From Raillietiella orientalis (lineage: Eukaryota): a DNA stretch of 64,000 nt. Numbering within the stretch: the first letter of the stretch is position 1; each line of letters opens with the position of its first letter. The position numbers and the translations under genes are program-made. A model generated the notes under the pieces. The model was not told where the DNA came from. It saw only the letters and a program-made list of their open reading frames with translations, and did not search any database. Below, piece after piece: positions 46,116 to 57,874 of this stretch. The DNA is taken from the NCBI GenBank assembly GCA_036172245.1, contig JAYWIR010000013.1, positions 1,798,001 through 1,862,000 on the forward strand, given 5' to 3'.

Positions 46116-47700
46116 GTCCGCGTTGGCAGACCGGGTGGCTGCAGCCACTGCCTCGCGGGTTCGAAACCCACCCGAAGGGAGGGTCGACGCCGAGAACCCT
46201 AGGGGTGTATCGTGGGTTTCGAGTTCCCCCTTTCCTGCAGGATGGCGCTGGTTGGTCCCGGTCTGCTTTGGGCACGGTGGCACTGGTGGAGACCCGTAGA
46301 TGCCCCCGTTGACCGGCCGGGATCATAAGTGGACCCGCCGGGTCCTTCCAGGAATCAAGGAGCGCTTCAGAGTTCCTCCCCCTCTAATTGTGAACGTGAA
46401 GCTTTGCATCTCGTACCACGGAGCCGGTCGATGCCCCCCTCGAGAGAATGCCTCTCCAGAGGGCTAAAAAAAGCACCCTCCAGAGAAAATGGGCAGTTTT
46501 CCTTCGGGATTCTCTTCAAAGAAGCAGAGAACGAGGAGCGACCCTCTCAGGGAGTCCCTCCGGAGAGAACAAGGAAGAGGTTCCCTCCCAAGGGAAAGCG
46601 AGGAACAGGATCCTTCCTCCGGAGCCCTTCCTGGATTCATACGTTGGTTTCCTCCCAGGGTAACCCCTGTAACTTGAAGAGTCACATGTGCCCTCGGGTG
46701 GCATGGGTGGTGTCAAAGAGCTTGGTGAGCCTCCCCCTGAGGAGGCGAACGGTTCTTCAACACTTGGCTAACCAAAAAGAAAAAGAAAGCTGGAAGGAAG
46801 CAGCGAAAACAGAGGCATCCCCATCCCATTTCACCTCCACCCTCAATGTTCACTCTTTTTGGCTGCATCGAAATCCACCAGCTTAGGGGAAATGGGTCCC
46901 TCCTTGCCCGTTGCCAGGTGATCGCCTGGCGGCAAGACACTGGTCTCTGCCATCCGATGCTGATGTCCCACCTCCAGCCGTCTGCATCTGATCCTCCGGG
47001 AAGATCTCCTTCCTGCAGGACGAGGTCTCAAATGCGTGAAAGATCCAGCTGCAAAGGCGAGAGAAGCGCGTGGAGATGAGAAGAGGCAGGCGTGAGATCG
47101 CCTTGAGGTCTCACAACCGCCCGGAGGTCCCCATGTGACCAAAAGGGAGCTCCTGGGAAGAGAAAGGGAGCAAAAAAAAAAAAAACAAGAGGTCAAGTTC
47201 CATTGAAGGGCAGGCCGCGGCAGTCTTAGTCAGCATGCGGCAAAGATGTGAGGCTCAGTCAGAGCTCCCCACAAGGACCGCGGCAGCCGCCTCAGTCCGC
47301 AGTGACCCATGTCCTATATCCACGCCAGTACGAGGCGTGCCGTGTGGAGGGGGTCAGCCGGCATCGCTTGCCGCTCCCGAGCAGGAGGTCGTGACCCTGC
47401 GACAGGCAGTCCCAGCGCTTTCCTGGGGTCCTTTTCGTGGGCACCTCCGGGCACGGGAAGGGGAAGCGCTCAGAGCTTGAGATGGAGAGCGAATTCTCGC
47501 TCGGTCCACGCACAGGCAGTTGACCCATCTGCTGCTGTCCCTCTCGGCAGCCTTTGTGAGGACGCAGGCGCTCAAAGAGCGTGCGGGACTCGCTGCCGAG
47601 GGAAGAAAAAGGAAACGAACCTGTCGACGCTTCGGTTGCGCGCGCAACCTGTGTCAACGAATGGGTGCAATACGGATGATGAGGAGAAGGGGTAAAGGGG
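46116..47700 (+). mobile_element. tRNA-headed repeat copy 3, extending into a Tx1-type ORF1-like remnant
   Basis: A-box TGGCAGACCGG (46124-46134) and B-box GGTTCGAAACC (46158-46168). Body shared with copies 1 and 2. Downstream GKGKRSELEMESE and TCRRFGC resemble Tx1 ORF1. Confidence 0.65.
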
Positions 47701-47879
47701 GACGTCTTCTCCTGCCTCCGCAAGCGATCCGTCCTCTCCGCCTCCCGACGAGGGGGAGCACCGCTGCTCGCGGCTCTGCCTGCCCGCCCTTCCGTTTCAG
47801 ATGCGCTCCGCCCCCTCCTCCGGGGCATCTTCTCTTCTTCCGGAGACGAAGACCGCTCTTTCTGCCCTCCCGGGGCTGA

Positions 47880-48560
47880 GGACTGCGCCCACAGGCAGTG
47901 CCTTGCGCGCACGCCCTCGCCACTCGTGCCACGGGTCTCCGACGCGGTCGGAATCCCACACGCCCTCCACGAAACTTAGGGTGCGCTGGTGCACGACGCC
48001 GCGCGCAGCGGGATACGACCTGCTCGTGCCTCCTGCGAGCAGGGAGAGCCACGTCCCCTTACCCCGGAACGTTCAAGCAGCGGAGGTGGTCGACTGTCTT
48101 CACGGAAAGTGGTGCGTCACCCTCGGGTCGTCGTCTTCAAGAGTCCACGTGGCCTTTTTTCCTCCCTGGCAGGACGCCATCCGCCCACCACCTTCACGCT
48201 CGTCACCGGAGGTGGGGCCACCGCCTGCAGCTGTCCTTGTGCTGCCCGTGGACTCGCTCCGCCCGACCGGCGCACGCCCTCGCCCCTTGCTCTGGGGACC
48301 ACCGAAGCGGTCGAAGCTCCGATCCCGTCGCGGGTACCAGGTCCCTGGTGTCTCCCTTTGCGATGACCTTCGTGCTGCTGCCGATGCAGGGACTGGGGGT
48401 CCGAGTGTTTGCGGGACCCCCTCCACCCACACGCGCGCACATCTCGTCCACCCCTTGTGCGCACGGTGGGCGCCGTGCACCCTTCACAGGCAGCACTTCG
48501 TCTTGGGCCGCTTGGACGCATTTGGGAATTTTCGGCCGCGGCCCGATTCACCCTGGCAAC
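47880..48560 (-). mobile_element. Tx1-like post-RT fragment, closely related to 53330-53810
   Basis: Shares GTCGACTGTCTTCACGGAAAGTGGTGCGTCA and ACCAGGTCCCTGGT...CACCCACACGCGC with the 53-kb copy. Encodes SPCIGSSTKVI (cf. LSLIGR.KVI). Confidence 0.7.
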
Positions 48561-51500
48561 GGACCAAACTCTCGAGAGCCTTGAAGAGCTCTCACAGAGG
48601 GACGCGGCTTGCTGCGAGCTGTGGATTCGGCACTGTATATGGCGAGCTTCCTTGCGACGTGAGCTGAGCGGCCCCTGGGGCGCTCGGGTGGCTCGGACCA
48701 TGCCAATGACTTGGAGGTCTCGAAGCCACGAGTCCGCGCTCGCTGCCGCTTCCGTGGACAATTCAGATGAAGTGGACGTTGGGTCTCTCGGGTGGTTCGC
48801 ACCTCTGCGCTGCTGTACCTGCGAAACCGCGGCGGCGTGTTCGCCCACTGCCGCATCTCCACGAAGCGTTCCGGAACAGCACACTGGCAAAGAAGAAAGG
48901 GGGAGGAGGGGCAGGGAGGAACGAGACGGCAACCCGCTGTTGAGCTTTAGAAATGCTTCCTTTCCAGCTTTCCCATCCGAGGTGGCTGCCTCGCCTCGCT
49001 TAAGTCGTGTTCCTTTGGCGTGGTCTGGAATCTTCTCTGAGAAACGTCGAAAGCTGAGTTTGGCCGCCTTGTCCGAAAGGACTCGCCGGAGGGGGCGTGA
49101 AGGGGACGACGGCGCGTTCCCGCTTTTTTCTGACGTGCTCTTCGCGCAGGAGGTGCCAAAGGGCAGGAGCCCCGGAGAAGGCCGCTCCGATTGCGTCGGG
49201 AACGCGTCCGGCACTCCAGCTGAGACTCCATCCGCGGTGGACGGTTCCTTCACGACAACCCTCCCCTCCCCCCCCTACTCTCATCCTATAGGGGACGAGG
49301 AGAAGGATGAGGAACTCGGAACGAGTGAAGAAGACGCGTCGCGCGCGCTGCTCTTTTCGACGTGGGGCACCGCGGCGAACATGTCAAGTACCACTTCGCC
49401 TCCCTTCTGCCTCCTCACCGTCTGTGGGCGCGAATTTTTTCCGTAGCCATTTCTCCACCGCTCCCGTCTCGTCGACGCGCGAGCGAGCGCGCCCGCCCCA
49501 GGCGGCGGTAGACGCGGGTGTACTCTGCCCGAAGGCAGCGGGCTCTCCGAGACCTGCGTGAGGGCGGTGAGCGGGCTGGTCCAAATATTTTCGGAAAGGG
49601 GCACACCGTAACGGCTATCCAAATATTGCCAGGGGTCAACATCGTTAGGCGGCTCGAATCCGCCGCAGAAGAAGGAGGGGGGGGGAGGGAAGAGGAGGAG
49701 AGGAGAGGAAAGACGGGCGCGCGGGAAGTCGAGGCGCGTCGCGAGCGCGCGGCTCGTCCGGAGGTGCGCTCGACGCGCACCGGGACTCCCGGTGCGTGTC
49801 TCTCCCTCATGGGCCCCGAGGGGCGGAGCCGGCCGAAACACCGTTGGCGCGCACGAGCTGATAGAACTGCCCCGCCGCCGTTCCTCGCCCAAGGCCGGTC
49901 GGCGGTTCCCTCCCGCCTCCCCCCCCGGCTCGGCGGAAACGCAAGCCAGCGGTCTAGAGGGGGGGGAGGGAGGAGGGGGATCGCATCCTGGTGGACTGGG
50001 AGGAAGATGACATGGGGCGGAAGAGAGTCTTTTCGGGCAGAACGCTTCTTCAGACGCTCGCTCGGAAGAAATGGATGCCACTCGACCCTTCGCGCCGCAC
50101 CCAGGAGGACTCGCTGGGAGGAATCTCCGGCGGAAGAGCGGTCACCACAAGCACAGCCGACAGCTCGAAAGGCAGATTCGAGCAAGTACAAGAAGAACAA
50201 GAACAAAAGAGCGGCTCTGGCCGCGGATGTGGATCACGATAGCCATAAAGACGATCCAAGAAGAATTCCGAGCAAAAAAGGAAGGAACAGCTAGTGCTCG
50301 TTCCGTTCCCCTGGGAAATAAATCTTTCCAGAAAACCTCGCCAGGGACTTTTTTTTTCGGGGCCTTTTTTTTTTTTTTTTTTTCTGGCGAGCTGGCGTTT
50401 CGCCGGGAAGCTGGCGGCGGCTCTCTGAGGCCGACGGGCGGATCGAAGCGCTCGGCAGGAAGAGCGCGAGCGCGTTCGCGTGGCAACCGGTTCACCTGCC
50501 GCGGGTGGAAGACGTGGACCGCTCGCCGGCACTCGCTCGCCCTGATTCTGCGATTCTCGCGCGGAAGAGATCCATCCTTGCGACGGGGGAAAATCCCGAC
50601 TTTCGGGATGGACGGCGCTCTCCACTGCGTTCGTTTCCGAGCACCCTCCGAACTGGGACGATAGGAACTGCCCCATCCGTGCGAGCCGGAGGCTCGCAAA
50701 GGCACCCTTGCACGAGCCACCGGTGGTCCGCCGCCGACCTGGAGGTGAACGACGGGTCCGTTCCAGGACTCCCCTCCACTTCCTTTCTGCGAGGAGGAAC
50801 GCGAGCGTCTTTGGATATCGCGAGACAGCCTTGACGACCTCCTGTAGCCAAGGGGCCGCTGCGACGAGATGCAGGGCGGCGGGGAAGAAGAACCCGCTGC
50901 CCTTCTGCGGCTCCTCGGCTGGCAACCGGCTGCTCCCCAGGCCGAGGGCAGACCGAGTGCCCTCGTGACCGCTCGGAGGGCGGGCCAACCAGTCGGCCAG
51001 CCTCCTGTCGCGAGCGGCGGAGCAGGTGGAGCCGATGGCCAGGACTGAGCCGGGCTATAGAAGAGTAGGGAGATGCACACCCTTCTGGGAAAGGGTGGGG
51101 TTGGGGGTAGGGATGGACATCCCGATCCGACGAGGCGCCCGTGACCGAGAGTGTGCGTGCCCGGCCCGCGATATCAAAGCCTCGCCCAGAGAGGGCTGTT
51201 GGAGAGCCACCGGAGAAGTGGGAAGCTTAGGCGGTCCCTGCTCCAAGTTCTCTGCCCGGAGACGACCACGCGGTCGGCAGCGAGGAGGGAAAACCTGACC
51301 CGGGGAGTGCTGATCGCCATCGACCAAATCAATAAATTATGCACGTGATAACGTGGCCAAAGGTCCACTGTCCATGAAGGAGATCCGGGTATGCCTCCAA
51401 CGATTTCCGGGCCGCCGCCGTGGTATTTGTGGCAGGTGAGAATGGAGCTCCCGCGTCACATGGGGCGAAACCGGGTGAAGGGAGGGGAGGCCGAGTTTCA

Positions 51501-52699
51501 CCGCGGAGTCCAGCGACGAGTTCAGGTTCCCTTAGGGAAGGCAGGAAGCACTCACGCGCGTACGTGTGCGCTGTTGTAGGGGAGGACCCTCAGATCACCA
51601 TGACCTCATTCTCGGACATTCCAGAGGACGTGGCCAGCGTTCTGCCGCGCCCTGAAGGGTCGAGAATAGAGATCCAGGACCCTCGAGCCCCCTTCTTGCA
51701 ATATGGAGGTGGTCCTCCAACAGCCCGTGCTCCTGGTATAGCGCTGGCGTCTTTGAGATGGCACCGACACGGAGCGCAAGGTCGAGGCAGTCGCCGACGA
51801 GAGGGTGGCGGAAGCGTATCGCTGGATCTTCGAGGGAGGAAGAAACGCGCGATCTGGAGTCATCTTCAGGAGAACATCGGCTGGCAGTCTTCGTCATCTC
51901 CACCCGCAGGCGCAAATGCGGCCTGCTCCGCCGGGAGACGCGCGGAACCCCTTGTGGCAGCTCGGGCGCGGGACCTTCCCCCCCCCCCCCCCACTCCACT
52001 CCACCCGAAACAGGAGTGGCGCCTCCGAATTCCGCAGCCTCCCACCAGGAGGCGAGAGTTCTTTCCCGTGCACGCATCGGAGACGCCGCTCGGTCCGCGC
52101 GTCACGGGCTTCACGACTCGGGAGAGCGGGCATCGAGCAACGCCTTCCGGGCATGGCTGCACTCGCCGCAGCGTCTCTGATCCGAGAGACAGAAAGCGGC
52201 AGCAGCCGGGGAAGGAGATCCTCACGGAGAGACTCTACCGCCGTTCGACCAAGGTCCATAGGAGAAGCTCCAGAAGGCTCATGCGAGCGGGAGGCTTCCA
52301 AGATGAAACCAAAGCAACGGAGAAGAGAGATCCGGGGAACCATGACGCCGGGAAGAGCGCGCTTCCCTGGGGATTTCCAGAGGCGAAGCCTGGGGCAGCA
52401 GCGAGTTCCCGGAGCGAAGCTCGCGGAGAACGGGAGGCAGCGAAACATCCCGCGCAAGGGTGGGGGAGGGTGGGAACAGCCCGAGTGGGGGCGCGTCTGC
52501 AAGGCGACGGCGAGCGCCGCGAGAAAGCTGGAGCGGGTCTGCACCGTGGCTGCCTCTCCTCCGTCCTGTGGGGGCTGAGAGCAGGGAGACCCTCGTCCGA
52601 CTGCGCCATCGTCTCCTTGGCGACCGACCTGAAAGGCGAAGCACCCGCCAAGCCGCGTGCGCTCCCAGTCTAGGAGGTTCGGCGCGAAGGCGGAACCCA

Positions 52700-54300
52700 G
52701 CCAGGCCACCTCGGCGGATGGCCCATCTTCCTCGCAGTGCGCTCCCGGCTTCCTTCCTGTTTCTCCTCCTTTAGGTGTGCTCAGCGAGAAAGAAGGGCAG
52801 CTTGCTTCCTCCTGCCGAACCAGAACTTCTCCGAGAGAGTTTCCTGAAGGGATGCAGGACGACGCGGAGACCCCCGAAGAAGCCCCCCCTCCTGGCCCTC
52901 GCGAAAGCCGAGAGCCCCGTCTGCTTGTTCTGCATCTTGGCGACTCTCCTCTCTGGTGCTCTCTCTCTTCACCAGCAGCCCGGGAGGACTTACTCCGGGT
53001 CGCGGCCTTCTGGCGCTACTGCTGATCGTCAGCAGGGACCTCGGAGTGTCATCCTCGAACCCTTCGCGAAGATGGCTCCAATCCTCCGTGGTCCACGGTC
53101 GGCATGGAAACGCGTCTTGCGGAGACTACTCCTGGGCCTCGATCCAGGAGCAAGTTAGGATGGGCGGGACAACGAAGGCTTGCTGGAAGTCCCTTTTGGG
53201 AGACGGGGCGCCGCTTCACGTCCCTCGCTCGATAGAGCGCGCGCATCAACGGGGAGCTCACCTTCTTTCGCCGCGCGACCTCCCAGAGAGGGGGGCGTTT
53301 GCCGCTGCCCGATAGCTCGCGAACCCTTCCCATCTCCTGCTCTTCCTGCCCTCCCGAGGCACTCACCGAGCTGCTCCTCTCCTGGAGCGGCCCATGAGCA
53401 GCGCGGTGAGTGCGTCCTTGCCCCTCGCGCTGGGAGCTGCCGCCGCGGTAACCAGGTCCCTGGTATCCTTCCCCCCAGCAATGACCTCCGTTCTGCTGCC
53501 GGTGCAGTGACCGGGGGACCGAGTGTTTGACCCCACCCACACGCGCACACACCCCGTCCACCCCTTTCGCGCACGATCGGCTCTGTTCCTGAAGGGACAG
53601 GTTAGACGGCTCCGGACCGGTCGATCGATGGTCCCGGGAATCCCAAAGTCCCTCCAAGAAACGCAAGGTGCGCTGGTGCGCGACGCCGCGCGCAGGGAGA
53701 GCCACGCCCCCTTCCCCCGGAGCGTTCAAGCAACGGAGGTCGTCGACTGTCTTCACGGAAAGTGGTGCGTCATCCTTCGAGAGTCCACGTGGCTTTTTTT
53801 TTTCCTCCGGCAGGACCGCGCGCCGCCTTCGTGATGTCATCTCCACGGCTGTCGGGGCACCCTTCCGCGGTGGCCTGCCGATGTGTCTTCCGAGATCTTC
53901 ATCTGCGCCGGCGGTGCCTGCAAAGCTCCTCTCCGCAAGCCAAGATGCACGGGCCGGAAGGGCTCTGGAAAGACCATCTGCGGATCTCATCTTCCAGCTA
54001 GCCATTCCATGGTGCGTGCCACCCCACCCCGACCATGAAGGCTTCCATAGGACGCTGATACGCTGACTGAAGCAGAGGTGGGGCAGACGAACGGAGGTGG
54101 CCTCGCGCCTCATCGCCCGGAGTTCTGCGGGTCGCCACCTCTTTGGGGCATCCGCTGCCAGCCTCGAGAGATCCGACCCCCGCCGCTGCCCGCACTTCGG
54201 GGCTGATTCGGGAACCTTTGCAGGAACCTTCTAGGAAGGCACCTGGAAGGTTCCAAAGTCTCCTCGTGGCTTTCCACTCTTCCCCCTCCGTCGCGGATGG
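52700..54300 (+). mobile_element. Degenerate Jockey/CR1-like RT, interrupted by the 53330-53810 insertion
   Basis: GRGLLALLLIVSR...RRWLQSS..RHG (cf. YRPISLLSIVSK...QHG) before the insert and EIFICAGG (cf. IFLYADD) after it. Confidence 0.4.
53330..53810 (-). mobile_element. Tx1-like post-RT fragment with block order permuted relative to 47880-48560
   Basis: DDLRCLNAPGEGGVALP (cf. PREEGGLGLP). Two blocks shared with the 48-kb copy but in swapped order. Confidence 0.7.
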
Positions 54301-56523
54301 CGACGTCGGGTGAGCAGGCGCGCGGCACTCAGCCACAATGGGCCGGCCGCGCTCGGGAGCATTTCCCCGGGAAACGGGGGGAACCTGAGTGGATGGCCCA
54401 GGACCGTGAAACCTCAGCAGAGCGGGGAATCCGCACGCGAAGGCTGGTCGCGAGGGAAAGGTTCCGGTGGTCGCAAGGCGGAGGGAGCCACGAGGGACGC
54501 GCCCCGAGTGGGACGTGACTAGGGAGACCAACAGCCTGGCTTGGCCGTTCGCTGCGGGGTTTCAGGCGCTCGAACCATCCCCTGCCATCGTTACTGTCCT
54601 GCGAAACACCGCCGCCCCTCCCGTTTCCTCGTGAGTGCGAGCGCGGAGCTCCAAGAACCTCTTGGCCGTCCCGGTGCTCCCGCCCGTGATCCGGGAACGC
54701 CCCCTCCCGCCTCGGGACTTCCTCGCCGCCGCCCGGGTTCCTACTCCATCTTCGTCCGATGTTGTCTCTGGGCTCCCCTTTGTCCCTGCCGCTCTTGTGG
54801 ACGAGATACCCCCCCCTGGGACGCTCCTGCTCCGACGTTCCGTCCCGCGGGAAGCTTCTCGAAGGCGCTTTTCTCTCCCACTGCGCGATAGGAAGGCAGC
54901 GCGCGCAGCTCAGACGAGGACCGCGGAGTAGGTCGAACCACCGCCCCGCCGCCACCGCAGGCACCGCGCAGGGCTCCGCCGTCCGGTCGTTCCCTGGAGA
55001 TACCGGCGGGAGCACCGCGGAGCACCACTTGCCCGCCTGGAATCAGATCAGGGCGCTCCTTTCCGCGCAGGAACCGGAGGAAGGGACGGAGAGGGCGCAC
55101 GGAATGGCTCGGGCGCGCGGTTGTCGCCGTGCCCTGACCGCCCGCTCCCACCACGTGCACGTGGGGACACCACGAGCCTTCGCAGAGCGAAAGCCCGCGG
55201 GAAGTTCGGTGGGTCCCCTTCCTCTGCCTGCAGGTTTCCCGGCCTGCGCGACTTCGCGCCGCCGCGCTAGCGCGTTTCCCTGCCCGTCCCTGGCGCGACT
55301 CGCCCCCGAAGGACGCGCGCCTTCGTTTCGACGAGGAGGGGGGAGGGAGGGCGCGCGCGCTCCTTGGGTGCCCGAGCGCGGAGGAGGCGAGCGCCCTCGC
55401 CCCCGTCTCTCTCTCTCGTCCTCCCTCAAGCGAAGATGCGACAGTTGCAGCCGTCGGGCCGCACGCATCCCAAATTTCGTCGAGTCTCCCGCCCACCCCC
55501 TGGAACGCGCCAACGCGGGTGCGCGCTCCTCACGCCAGGCTTTCCGGGTGCCAGCGGCACGTCTGTTGGAGGGCGACGGGGAGGGGGGGGGGGGAGGTAT
55601 CTGGACTGGCTGGAGCTGATCGTCCGTCGAGATCTCTTCAGGCTGGTGCCTGCAGGCGTCGGTGTGCCCAAGCAAAAAGGCGCGCGCGGCCTCACCTCCA
55701 GCCGACAATGTGGACGGGGCGGGCGGGCGAGCAGGAAAAACATAGCGACATCACCCGGAAGGATGTCACGAGAGTTTGCTCGTCAAACAAGAGGGCGAGG
55801 TTACCACCACCACCGATAGCTCCGCTCCCAAGCAGGAAGAGAGGAAGAAGCACGACTGGAGGTGGCAGCGCCATTTTCTGCAAACCCACAGTCTCGCCTC
55901 CCCCACTCCGCTCGCACGCAAGATCCGGAGCCATCAAACTTTTCGTAGGATTCGGTAAGTGCGGAGGTGCAGGACGGACGGACCTTCCTGGATTTCCGAG
56001 TCTCCCTGGAAAACCCGCCGACGGGAGTTGCGAGGCAGCGCTTGCCTCCATCCCGGTGCCTGCAGGTTCGCGCGCCCGCACGCTTTCTGGGTTCCGCGCT
56101 GACACCGCTCCCGCGGACGCAGCCGCTGACCTGCCGACATGCGAGGGGAGGCCAAACAGCCGCCCGGCGGGAGCCGCGGCGCGCGCGGAAAGCCGAGCCG
56201 GAACGCGCGCGCAAAAGTTCCGGAATCTTCCCGAAAAAACGGGAGCGGGAACGTTCTTCTTCGGCTGGATGCGCGCGCGCCAAAGCGAAGTGCCAATAAG
56301 CGGGCGAGCGGCAGCCGGCGACACGCAGCTCGCGCGCTCCCGCCCGTGGGAAGGGTTGACCAACATACCTGTTTACGCCGAGAGCCACAGTGCCCTATCT
56401 AGCAGGAGGATGCTCCAACCAGAGTTCAACGTATTTTTGCGTCAGTTCCGCATAATTTCCATCGCCCATTTCAAGGTCGCGACTTTCCTGAGGCCATTTC
56501 GGAGCCGAAGCGCTCGCGCGCCG

Positions 56524-56544
56524 GTGTGTGTGTGTGTGTATGCG

Positions 56545-56576
<32 letters not shown>
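56524..56576. repeat. (TG)n microsatellite, interrupted
   Basis: GTGTGTGTGTGTGTGTATGCGTGTGTG...GTGTG directly visible. Confidence 0.95.
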
Positions 56577-57780
56577 CTAGTGCGCTCTGCGCGCACCCGG
56601 GCGGGTGCAGCGTGTGGTTAGAGGGGGGGTAGGGAGGAGGAGGAGGCTCGGAATGTCTTCTCAGCCGCGCGGGTCTTCCAAATGAGTGCGTGGCCCGTCA
56701 TCGAGGTTAATCTCGAAATTATGCAGCTTCCCGGCAAAGGCTTCGGGGATGTAACAGTTAAGCAACGACTTCGAGCGTGAGGTGTGTGCATCGCAGCGAA
56801 CAAAGAAGGAAGAAGAAGAAAAAGGAAAAAAAAAAAAAAAAAGAAGTGAAACAGAATATATCTTTTCCTCTCGCCCTCCTGCTCGGAGAGCTGTTGCAGC
56901 GTCAGCGGCGCTGAGCGGTAAAAGAGGGATCGCTCTGCGCGAACCTCCTCTCCGTGGCTCTCCGAGAAACCTGTCGCCTCCCTGTCGTAGCCGGTGTTGA
57001 TTCCGTCATAGATGAAAGATGCCTTCAGACTGTTTGTCCGGGATTTATTCCACATTACGGTACATTGAATCGCCGCTGCATTCGGTGCCGAGCGGCAGTG
57101 ACTCGCTGCTTCTCATCCGCTTATCGGTAAACACTGGATGAATGGTTGCGAGGGAACTGCTTTTGCCTACGTCATGTAACACGGGAAGCCCCTGGAGACA
57201 GCACAAAAGAAGTTTGTGCTTGTATCAAATGGCGCACGAAAGGTCTACTTAGAAAATCTCACTGACTGCTAACGACAGCTCATTTCAATAAAAAGACAAC
57301 AGTAAAAAAGAAAGAAGAGAAGAAGAAGAAGGAGAAAAACGCTGACTTGCAAATGCGCGGCAGAAAGAAAAAAGAGCGTCGGCCGGACCGGCTAATTTCG
57401 GCTGACAGCTTTTGGAAAACGCTGGGTAGCAACCGTTCTCCAGGATGGGGGAAGCTGGGAAGAGGTTCTAAGGAGAGCTTCTGTTTCTGAAGGAGGATTC
57501 CCGTTGTAAACGCGAATGGTTTTCGCGTTCCCGATTTGTTGCCGCCAAAGGAGCTGGGAGAGTGTATCCGGCAGTCTCTCCAGCCAAAGCACGTGTCGAT
57601 CCAGTCTCCCAGCGCCAGCCCGTTCCCTCCTGGCGCTGGGAGACTCTCCATCAGCGCCAGGCTTCTCACGGCCTTCCCGGCCCGGTGGAGGCGAAGGTGC
57701 CGCCTGCCGCGACGCTGGCTCCCGGAGGCGGCCCTCGCAATTGGGTCTCCGGCAGGGAGCGCTCCGGATCGGAGCCCTCC

Positions 57781-57874
57781 ATTGTTGAGCACGCGGATCT
57801 GCGCCTTTCCGTAATTGCGGATGCGAAACCGCGCGTTTCCATTCTTGCGGATGGGCATCCGCGTGCTCCACAAT
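57781..57874. mobile_element. 94-bp element with 18-bp terminal inverted repeats (MITE-like)
   Basis: ATTGTTGAGCACGCGGAT (57781-57798) vs ATCCGCGTGCTCCACAAT (57857-57874), 17/18 complementary. Internal GCGC.TTTCC....TTGCGGATG repeats. Confidence 0.6.

Noticed and set aside
46116..46180. Possible true tRNA gene
   Set aside because: No complete cloverleaf or oligo-T terminator, and it continues into a multicopy body. Treated as a tRNA-derived head.
49555..49665. Exon-like minus-strand peptide GFEPPNDVDPWQYLDSRYGVPLSENIWTSPLTALTQ after a pyrimidine tract
   Set aside because: The acceptor position reads CTGCGG rather than AG, the donor is weak, and I found no partner exons or recognised homology.
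56500..56581. Helitron-like 3' end (GC-rich stretch, then CTAG-T)
   Set aside because: No convincing hairpin at the expected distance, no 5' TC end and no second copy.
56680..57300. AT-richer block, possibly a DNA transposase remnant
   Set aside because: Motif matches were too weak to assign a family.
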